DNA from: Candidatus Methylomirabilis sp.
GTDB lineage: Bacteria > Methylomirabilota > Methylomirabilia > Methylomirabilales > Methylomirabilaceae
Length of the DNA stretch: 16,853 bases
Direction: 5' to 3'
Assembly: GCA_041498975.1 (NCBI GenBank)
Contig: JBGQJI010000045.1
Coordinates: 1-16,853 of the forward strand
The notes under the pieces are model-generated. The model worked only from the letters and a program-made list of their open reading frames with translations, ran no database searches and was not told the origin of the DNA. Below are positions 8,006 through 14,940 of the stretch, one piece after another (within the stretch, counting starts at the first letter, position 1; each line of letters begins with the position of its first letter). The translations under genes were made by a program, and so were the position numbers.

Positions 8006-8140
8006 TTGTCTCGAAGATTAGACCCAGGTCGAGTCCAGACGGAGTTTCCAGATAGGTTCGCTTGGGAGGTCACATCAACTCTTGGTGCCGATGACGGGGC
8101 ATGTAAATCCGCAATCAGTCGGGGTGCAGATGAGACGGAT

Positions 8141-10129
8141 ATGGGTCTTCTGATGGACCGGCGAGAGGAGCGTGGGAAGGGTGAGGCCTTTCCGGCGAGG
8201 ATAGGTCGGAAGCTCGGCTTCGCCATGGGCCTGGCCTTGTTCTTGGTTCTCCTGGTCGGCGCTATCTCTATTTTCCTTTCGAGTTCTATCTCGCGCGGCA
8301 CCCAGGTGATCAAGGCTCAGAGCGAGGAGATTGAAGATGTGAACCGATTGCACACCATGACCCACCACCTCGTCGAGGTGGTTCAACATGCCCTGGTTTC
8401 GGGCAAAGCCCCTCTCGGTGAGAAGGTAGAAGTGATGCTCAGGAATCTGGACCGGGGGGTGGCGAAATATCTGGCGGCGGAGAAAGCGCGAGAGGACACC
8501 CCTGAAAAGGCCGCGGAGCTTGCAATCCTCAAGGAGATTGTCGGTGTGACATCCAACCTGGCCGATGTTTCAGGGGAGATCGTCGGGGCAGTGGCCCTCG
8601 GGCGCAAGGTCAATCTCAGGACAACCGACCACCTCAATAAGCTTGCCCGCTCAGGCCACGAGAAGTTCGAGAGGCTAAACCAGATCCATCACGCGAAGAT
8701 GAAAGGGTCGATAGGGGCGAGCGAGGCGAAACTGAAGCGTATCATGGGGATCTACGTCGCCTTCGCCTTCCTGGGGGTTTTATCCCTCATCCTGGGGTGC
8801 GTCGTCTTTTCCAAAACTATCGTGGTGCCGGTCCAGAAGTTGGCCTCTGCCACCCTCGATATCGCAGCAGGCGACTTCGGGAAGAGGGTGGCCGTGGCAT
8901 CGAAGGACGAGATCGGACAGCTCTCCCACTCCTTCAATGTTATGGCGGAGAGGCTGGAGCAGCATGAAGGTGAGCTGAGGGTCGTCCAGGAGGACCTGGC
9001 AAGGAAGGTGCGGGAGACCGAAGCCCTCTACCGGGTCGGGATGGAGATCTCGGCCCTGCTGGAGTTGGACACGATCTTGACCTCGGTGATCGAGAAGGCA
9101 CGGGAACTGTTGGGGGGCGAGGCGGCATGTCTTTGTCTTCTGGATGCGGAGGGCCACCTTGTCCCTAGAGCAACGTCCGGGCCTTTCGGTTTGGCTGCGC
9201 CAGATGAGGCAACGGCTGGCCCACTGGCCGGAATCGCTCCATCCCTCGGGAACCCGCCGGGCTGTGGCCATGTGGCGTGCGAACAACATTGCCCTCCGAT
9301 CTGCGGGGAACTTCAGCTAACTCGCATCGTTGCCCCGCTGAAAAGGGGCGAGAGATCGATTGGAACCCTCTGCGTAATCGCTCGCTCGCCGAAGGGCTTT
9401 TCTTCAAGGGAAATGGATCTCCTACAGGGGCTCGCCAGCCAGGCTGCCATCGCGATGGAGAACGCCCGACTGCACGAGCAGGTGCGGAGCCTGACGCTGT
9501 TGGAGGAGCGGGAACGGATCGCAATGGACCTCCACGATGGCATTATTCAGTCGATCTACGCCGTCGGCCTCAACCTTGAGAGGTGCGCGGAACTGGTGAA
9601 GGATGACTCGCGCGAGGTGGGGGCACCACTGGAGAGGGCGGTGGACGATCTGAACGACGTGATCAGGGGGATCCGCATCTATATCTCTGACCTGCGGCCC
9701 AGCTCCTGCAATGGGAGGGGGTTAAGAGAGACCATCGCAGACGCCGTGAAGGTGTTGAAGATCGATTCCTCGATGGAGGTGGAGGTCATCGAAGAGGGGA
9801 TCTGTGGGAAGCTGTCGCAACAACAGGTTGCCCAGCTTTCGCACATTGCTCAGGAGGCGCTTGCCAACGTCCTGAAGCACGCTGGGGCCAGTTCTGTCAC
9901 TGTCCGCCTGCTTTCAGAGGATCATCGCCTTATCCTCTCCATTCAAGACAACGGGGTGGGGTTCGACCCCCAGATGGTGGAACCCGCAGCCGGGCAGGGA
10001 CTGAAAAACATGGCGGAGCGGGGTAGGGCCCTTGGGGGCACCTTCTCAGTGAAGAGCATACAGGGTTCGGGGACCGAAATCGCCGTTCAGATCCCTCTAG
10101 CGAAAGCCAACGCAGGGAGCAGGGCATGA
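8141..10129 (+). CDS. Membrane sensor histidine kinase: TM-periplasmic helical domain-TM-HAMP-GAF-HisKA_3-HATPase (NarX/DosS class)
   Basis: Two TM helices, HAMP (PVQKL...DEIGQLSHSFNVM), GAF ending LASQAAIAMENARLH, H-box ERERIAMDLHDGIIQ, QEALANVLKHA, DNGVGF, GQGLKNMAER. Start at ATG 8141 or 8153; the ORF-track start lies inside the MITE end. Confidence 0.92.
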   Translation: MGLLMDRREERGKGEAFPARIGRKLGFAMGLALFLVLLVGAISIFLSSSISRGTQVIKAQSEEIEDVNRLHTMTHHLVEVVQHALVSGKAPLGEKVEVMLRNLDRGVAKYLAAEKAREDTPEKAAELAILKEIVGVTSNLADVSGEIVGAVALGRKVNLRTTDHLNKLARSGHEKFERLNQIHHAKMKGSIGASEAKLKRIMGIYVAFAFLGVLSLILGCVVFSKTIVVPVQKLASATLDIAAGDFGKRVAVASKDEIGQLSHSFNVMAERLEQHEGELRVVQEDLARKVRETEALYRVGMEISALLELDTILTSVIEKARELLGGEAACLCLLDAEGHLVPRATSGPFGLAAPDEATAGPLAGIAPSLGNPPGCGHVACEQHCPPICGELQLTRIVAPLKRGERSIGTLCVIARSPKGFSSREMDLLQGLASQAAIAMENARLHEQVRSLTLLEERERIAMDLHDGIIQSIYAVGLNLERCAELVKDDSREVGAPLERAVDDLNDVIRGIRIYISDLRPSSCNGRGLRETIADAVKVLKIDSSMEVEVIEEGICGKLSQQQVAQLSHIAQEALANVLKHAGASSVTVRLLSEDHRLILSIQDNGVGFDPQMVEPAAGQGLKNMAERGRALGGTFSVKSIQGSGTEIAVQIPLAKANAGSRA

Positions 10130-10797
10130 GTGACAACCCAACACGGCTCCTCATCGTTGACGACCATGAGGTGGTGCGTGTGGGGCTGCGGCTTCTCTTG
10201 GAGCGGAGGGCCGGCCTCGAGGTCGTGGGAGAGGCCGCCTCGATGGCCAGCGCCGTTGAGGAAGCCTCACAATGCTCGCCAGACGTGGTCATCATGGACA
10301 TCCGGCTGCCCGATGGAAGTGGTGTAGAGGCCTGTCGGGAGATTCGGGCCAGACGACCGGAAACGAAGGTCATCATGCTCACGTCGTATGCCGATGAGGA
10401 CGCGGTGTTTGCCTCCATTCTTGCGGGGGCCTCGGGATATCTGCTGAAACAGATCGGATCGCATGCGTTGGTTGACGCGATCCAAACTGTAGCGCGGGGA
10501 CGGTCATTGTTGGACCCGTCCGTCACCGAAAAGGTCCTTGAGCGGGTGAGAAGGATGGGCACCAGCGCGGCGGATGAACAGCTCTCGAAGCTCTCGGCGC
10601 AGGAACAGAGGATTCTTGCCCTGATCGCCGAAGGCAAGACCAACAAGGAAATCGCCGGGGAGGTCTGCCTGAGCGACAAGACCGTCAAGAATTACGTCAG
10701 TAGCATCCTGGCCAAGCTGAACTTAAGCCGCCGGTCAGCGGCGGCCGCCTTCGTCGCCGGGCAGGGCAGGAGGAGTGGGCCGAGCGGCAATTCGTAA
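10126..10797 (+). CDS. NarL/LuxR response regulator, DevR/DosR-like
   Basis: IVDDHEVVR, MDIRLPDGSG, LTSY, AGASGYLLK, GRSLLD, and HTH EGKTNKEIA...SDKTVKNYVSSILAKL closely follow mycobacterial DosR; ATGA overlap with the kinase. Confidence 0.93.
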   Translation: MSDNPTRLLIVDDHEVVRVGLRLLLERRAGLEVVGEAASMASAVEEASQCSPDVVIMDIRLPDGSGVEACREIRARRPETKVIMLTSYADEDAVFASILAGASGYLLKQIGSHALVDAIQTVARGRSLLDPSVTEKVLERVRRMGTSAADEQLSKLSAQEQRILALIAEGKTNKEIAGEVCLSDKTVKNYVSSILAKLNLSRRSAAAAFVAGQGRRSGPSGNS

Positions 10798-10830
10798 GGC
10801 AACGTCCCGGTAGGCGAAGCGAGGATCGAG

Positions 10831-10880
10831 AAGGGGGCCAGATGGCCTGATCGTAATGGGCCATCTGGCCCCCCTTTTTT
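10831..10880 (+). terminator. Intrinsic terminator-like hairpin overlapping operator boxes
   Basis: 15-bp perfect stem GGGGGCCAGATGGCC / GGCCATCTGGCCCCC, 11-nt loop, followed by T7. Confidence 0.6.
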
Positions 10881-10916
10881 GCGACATCCCTCCCTGCAAA
10901 TAAGGACGAAGGGCAC
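10835..10916 (+). promoter_or_regulatory. Four phased DosR-type boxes (GGGNC-N4-GNCCC)
   Basis: GGGCC-AGAT-GGCCT (10835), GGGCC-ATCT-GGCCC (10858), GCGAC-ATCC-CTCCC (10881), AGGAC-GAAG-GGCAC (10903); spacing 23/23/22 bp; possible -10 TATTGT at 10940. Confidence 0.6.
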
Positions 10917-10996
10917 TAGTGCAACGCAGAGCGTCTTTCTATTGTTATGGTGATGGGATATGGCGTGCGGCTCGTTCGTGGGGGCGGTGCCGGGAG

Positions 10997-11410
10997 ATGA
11001 CGCGGGTTCGGGTGCTGATCGTCGAGGAACATGACAAGGTCCGGCGGGAAATGGCGGCCCGGTTGCGAAGCGAAGCGCATCTTGAGCTGGTTGGTGCAGC
11101 CGCTTCCGGCGAGGAAGCTGTCTCAATGCTTCAACGCGCTCGGCCGGACGTGATCCTCCTGGGTCTCGGGATGAGGGCCGAGAGGGGGTTGGAGACGTGC
11201 CGCAAGGTCGCCACTATCGCCCCCGAGGCCAGGATCCTGGTGCTGACCTCCTGCGAAGATGAGGCCGAAAAGCGGGAGGCGTATCGGGCCGGGGCCTGCC
11301 GGTATCTGCTGAAGGACCTTCACTCGAGGGAACTGATCCGGGCGATCGAGGGCCTCCGGATAGCACATCCTCGGAAAGGAGGGAGGAACGACGGAATACT
11401 CAATCGATGA
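10997..11410 (+). CDS. Aspartate-less (pseudo-)receiver domain protein, NarL-type, without HTH
   Basis: VLIVEEHDKVR...PDVILLGLGM (Gly at the phospho-Asp position)...LVLTS...AGACRYLLKD; GGGAG before ATG 10997. Confidence 0.8.
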   Translation: MTRVRVLIVEEHDKVRREMAARLRSEAHLELVGAAASGEEAVSMLQRARPDVILLGLGMRAERGLETCRKVATIAPEARILVLTSCEDEAEKREAYRAGACRYLLKDLHSRELIRAIEGLRIAHPRKGGRNDGILNR

Positions 11411-11481
11411 GGGAAGGAATGTACAAAGGGGAGGGGGAGCAGGGGAATCAGGTGCAGACGAATCTGAAGAGGAGGTGTGTC

Positions 11482-12984
11482 ATGAAGCGCACAAGAGTCT
11501 TCGGCCTCGTGGGAATTATGGCAATGGCGCTGGGGCTCATCGTCCCAATGGAGGTCGAAGCTATCCCCGCGTTCGCACGACTCTACGGGCATAAGTGCAG
11601 CGCTTGCCACAGCGCCTTTCCGGCGCTGAACGCCAGCGGGGAGGAGTTTCGCCTATCGGGATACCGGCGCTTCGAAGGTGGGGACGTGGTCCCAAAGGTC
11701 CCGCCCGTGAAAATTGGGGACCGCCTGGAGCTCCCCGGGATCGTCCCCCTCTCCTTTAGCCTGACGGCCGGGTATAACTTCACGGAGATCGACAACACCC
11801 TCGGGGACGGGAGCAAGAATGTCAACACGGAAAGCGACTTCAAGAGGAATCAGAGCAGCTTCAATTTGAACGAGTTTGAGTTTCTCGCCGGGGCCTCGCT
11901 GGGGAGCCACCTCTCCTTTTTCCTCGAAGCTCCACTGGGCGAGACTGAGATCCGCCAGTTCTTCGACCCCGAGGTGAGAAATCACGGAGCCAAATTTAAG
12001 TTGGAGGGGCCGGAGGTCCCGGAGTTGGCGTTCATGGGCTTCCACGACATCCTGCTCCCGGACCTCCTGAACCTGAAGGCCGGCATCATCGAGCTGCCGA
12101 CCGCCTTCTCCCCTAATGCTCGACGCCTGTCGTTTTTCCCCTACTTGGTCTACGAGGCGACCGCCCTGGATGTCGTCTCTCGGAGGGGGCTTGATAATTT
12201 CGCCGCCGTCCCGGGGGTCGATGAGGAGGGGCTGGAACACAATCAGTTCCGTCTCAGCAAGTCCCAGGTCGGCGTCCAGCTCTTCGGGCGGATCACGCGA
12301 TCGCTCCATCAGATCCCCGAACTCTTTGTGGATTACGTCGTCGGGGTGGTGAACGGGAATAATGTCAACGCCGACAACAACAAGACAAAAGACATCTTTG
12401 GTCGCCTGGCGTTCACCTACACGATCCCAAGCATGACCATGACGGTCGGGGGGTTCGGCTACTACAGCGGCAACACCGTGGATAACCTGACCACCAATCC
12501 AGAGAATGAGGCCAAGTACAAAGACCGGCTGTGGCGGGCAGGGCCTGACATCACCTTCACGCTGAATACGCCGCTCTACGTCAACCTCTCCTCGCAGATT
12601 CTCTTCGGCGAGGACAGCAACGCCACCGGCTTCGGCAAGAAGGCGACCTGGTGGGGAGGCTTCGTGCAGGCGGAGGTCAAGCCGATCACCGAGCTCATCC
12701 TCTACGGCCGCTACGACTGGATCGAGGGTGAGCGGTTCAATGACACCGACGTAACAATCAACGGGGCCAGCGGGACGATCGGGCCGGTCGAGCCCAGCCT
12801 GTGGGATGTGGTGATCGGGGCGCAGTACTTCCTCTACGAGAACTTCAAGCTGATCGCGGAATACCGCCATGGCGAAAAAGATCTGAGGCCAGGTACCAGC
12901 GCCAACCCGGACGTACAGCCGATCGATCAACTCAAGAAGACGGAGGAGGACGCGGTCTTTGCCGGGTTCCGTCTGGCCTTCTAA
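11482..12984 (+). CDS. cyc2: Cyc2-like fused monoheme cytochrome c-outer-membrane beta-barrel porin
   Basis: RBS AGGAGG; Sec signal peptide ending VEA; mature N-terminus IPAFARLYGHKCSACHSAFPALNASGEEFRLSGY (PxFAR, CxxCH, PxL, GxxF..GY); amphipathic beta strands; C-terminal Phe (AGFRLAF); 500 aa. Confidence 0.82.
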   Translation: MKRTRVFGLVGIMAMALGLIVPMEVEAIPAFARLYGHKCSACHSAFPALNASGEEFRLSGYRRFEGGDVVPKVPPVKIGDRLELPGIVPLSFSLTAGYNFTEIDNTLGDGSKNVNTESDFKRNQSSFNLNEFEFLAGASLGSHLSFFLEAPLGETEIRQFFDPEVRNHGAKFKLEGPEVPELAFMGFHDILLPDLLNLKAGIIELPTAFSPNARRLSFFPYLVYEATALDVVSRRGLDNFAAVPGVDEEGLEHNQFRLSKSQVGVQLFGRITRSLHQIPELFVDYVVGVVNGNNVNADNNKTKDIFGRLAFTYTIPSMTMTVGGFGYYSGNTVDNLTTNPENEAKYKDRLWRAGPDITFTLNTPLYVNLSSQILFGEDSNATGFGKKATWWGGFVQAEVKPITELILYGRYDWIEGERFNDTDVTINGASGTIGPVEPSLWDVVIGAQYFLYENFKLIAEYRHGEKDLRPGTSANPDVQPIDQLKKTEEDAVFAGFRLAF

Positions 12985-13012
12985 GGGCTTGAGGCTCAGA
13001 GGGCTGAGGCGC

Positions 13013-13588
13013 ATGGGGACTAGAAGAGGCGGTACAAACGGCTCATGGAAGGTTGTTCTCCGGGCCCCCATTCTTGGGGTCATCGCGGCGGGTCTGGTGA
13101 GCTGTACAGCCCTCCCCGGTGGGTCACTGGATCCTCTGGTCCCCGCCCTTGGCATCCCTCGGGGGGAGGGTACTTCAGCTCAGGCGCGGAGTGAGCCTCC
13201 GGCGCCGCAGGCCAGAGCCTCGACGCGCGGTTCGTCTGCGCCAAGCCACGAGGTTCAGCCGCGCGGCGAGGCGCCCACACCCAGTGAATGGATCGGCCGA
13301 TATCGGGATAGCCGTGGAGAGGGGGAGATCACTCTCACCCTCACGCAGGATGGGACCGCACATGGCGGCACATGGCGGCTCCGGACTGGTGGCTCTGGCA
13401 CCTTTAGCGGGATCGTCGCTCCGGACGGCCGCACGCTCTCCTTCTCGATGCGGGGCGGCGATCAGGAGTGCCTCGCCACGCTTGAGGGGATCGCCGAGTA
13501 CGCGGGCGACCGGATCATCAGCAGCTATCGGGGGACCGATTGCCATGGAGCGGTGGCGGACGGCCATCTGGATCTCCAGAAACGGTGA
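13013..13588 (+). CDS. Putative lipoprotein with a Pro/Ala/Ser linker and small beta-rich C-terminal domain
   Basis: Basic N-terminus, hydrophobic stretch and lipobox GLVS-C; low-complexity linker; Gly-rich beta strands with two Cys. Confidence 0.65.
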   Translation: MGTRRGGTNGSWKVVLRAPILGVIAAGLVSCTALPGGSLDPLVPALGIPRGEGTSAQARSEPPAPQARASTRGSSAPSHEVQPRGEAPTPSEWIGRYRDSRGEGEITLTLTQDGTAHGGTWRLRTGGSGTFSGIVAPDGRTLSFSMRGGDQECLATLEGIAEYAGDRIISSYRGTDCHGAVADGHLDLQKR

Positions 13589-13908
13589 GAAGGCGAGCTC
13601 AGTAGGCCCAGACGAGGGGCACCCTACCTGATCGCGATCGGCCCAAATCTCATCATCCCCTGTCTCTAGGGCTATATGGGACCACCCGGTCACCATTCGC
13701 TCGCCAGGAATCCACTGCCACGATCTCAATGGGGCCCGAAACCATCAGGGGCTGTCCTCCTCTGGCCAGCCTTCTTCTCCTTATCGTCATCGCCGCCCTC
13801 TATGCTTCGAGGCTCGGAGCGGCACGACACCCATCGTCGGAACAGGCGTCAGAGAATAGCTGCGTTCCCCTGGGATGAATGATGTGAGTGTGGTTAGGAC
13901 AGGCAACC

Positions 13909-13923
13909 TTGATTGAAAATCAA
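13909..13923. promoter_or_regulatory. Palindrome TTGAT-N5-ATCAA just upstream of the cytochrome c RBS
   Basis: TTGATTG-A-AAATCAA in GC-rich DNA, ending 3 bp before AAGGAGG. Confidence 0.4.
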
Positions 13924-13941
13924 AATAAGGAGGTCGTGACT

Positions 13942-14307
13942 GTGAGACAACCGAATCGGCATTTCTCAATATCGCTGGGTCTTCTGGTGTTGCTGGTCGG
14001 CACAATTGGCCCGGGAGTCCTTCGAGCCTCCGGTGCCGATTTGGCAAAAGGGGAAAAGATCTACAAGTTGATGTGTGTTAAGTGCCATGGGCCGACTGGA
14101 CGGGGGGATGGTCCCAAGGCACCGGACTTGGACCCTAAGCCGATGGACTACACAGACAAGGCCAGGATGGCGCAATTTACAGATGACGAGTTGCGGGAGA
14201 CGATCATCGACGGGAAAGCACCTATGCCGAGCTTCAAAAAGCAGTTGAAGCCTAGCGATGTGGAGGACGTCCTCGCCTACATTTTGAAGAAGCTCGCCGG
14301 AAGATAG
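13942..14307 (+). CDS. Periplasmic class I monoheme cytochrome c
   Basis: RBS AAGGAGG 8 nt before GTG 13942; signal peptide; GEKIY..MCVKCHG..GRGDGP; distal Met in PMPSF. Confidence 0.92.
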   Translation: MRQPNRHFSISLGLLVLLVGTIGPGVLRASGADLAKGEKIYKLMCVKCHGPTGRGDGPKAPDLDPKPMDYTDKARMAQFTDDELRETIIDGKAPMPSFKKQLKPSDVEDVLAYILKKLAGR

Positions 14308-14424
14308 CGGGCCGTCCCACAATTGTTGAGGTCGGTTTGGTCGAGCGGGACGCCCAGTCGATAAACGAGCCTAGCGCTGAGCGCCCGTAGGTAGCATGAG
14401 AAGCCACAAGACGGAGGAGCTCGA

Positions 14425-14925
14425 GTGACCAGGGTTGGTGCCGTTGCTGCGTCCCTTGTCGCAACCCTGACGGTCGTTACCCTCATCGCCGCCCGACCGT
14501 GGGAGACCGTCCCGACTCAACCTCTCGCCTTCAGTCACAAGGTCCATGCGGGCGAGTACGAGATCCCGTGTCTCTACTGCCATGTCAACACGCGGCGCTC
14601 TGCGATCGCAGGGATCCCCTCGGTAGAACGATGCATGGGGTGCCATGCCATCATGAAGGCGGACAAAGCGGCAGAGGTCAAAAAGATTCAAGAGTACTGG
14701 GACCGACAGGAACCAATCCCCTGGATTAGAATCTATGACCAACCGGACTTCGTCTACTTCTCCCACAAACGCCAGGTCCTCAAGGGTATTGCCTGCAAGA
14801 CCTGCCACGGCGCCGTGGAGACAATGGACCGCGTGCAAAAAGTGGTGGTTCTGGACATGGATCGGTGCGTTGCCTGCCACATGGAGAAAAAGGCGAACAT
14901 TGATTGCTTGACCTGTCATCAGTGA
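14425..14925 (+). CDS. actA: Membrane-anchored pentaheme cytochrome c, alternative complex III subunit ActA (QrcA-like)
   Basis: N-terminal TM, QPLAFSHKVHAG, five CxxCH (CLYCH, CMGCH, CKTCH, CVACH, CLTCH), PIPWIRIY..PDFVYFSH; RBS GGAGG. Confidence 0.88.
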   Translation: MTRVGAVAASLVATLTVVTLIAARPWETVPTQPLAFSHKVHAGEYEIPCLYCHVNTRRSAIAGIPSVERCMGCHAIMKADKAAEVKKIQEYWDRQEPIPWIRIYDQPDFVYFSHKRQVLKGIACKTCHGAVETMDRVQKVVVLDMDRCVACHMEKKANIDCLTCHQ

Positions 14926-14940
14926 CACCACAGGTTACTC

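Noticed and set aside
7994..8140. N-terminal extension of the kinase
   Set aside because: TTG lies within the MITE-like inverted repeat; ATG 8141/8153 fits the TM1 position.
11653..13155. 500-aa - strand ORF
   Set aside because: Antisense shadow of the cyc2-like gene in GC-rich DNA; no motifs.
13530..13550. GTDCH in the lipoprotein as a heme site
   Set aside because: First Cys of CxxCH is missing.
13676..13882. 68-aa ORF in the spacer, and the similar ORFs 6632-6964 and 6910-7104
   Set aside because: No RBS or motifs; they overlap regulatory DNA.
13909..13923. Canonical FNR box
   Set aside because: Spacer is 5 bp, not 4; kept only as an atypical palindrome.
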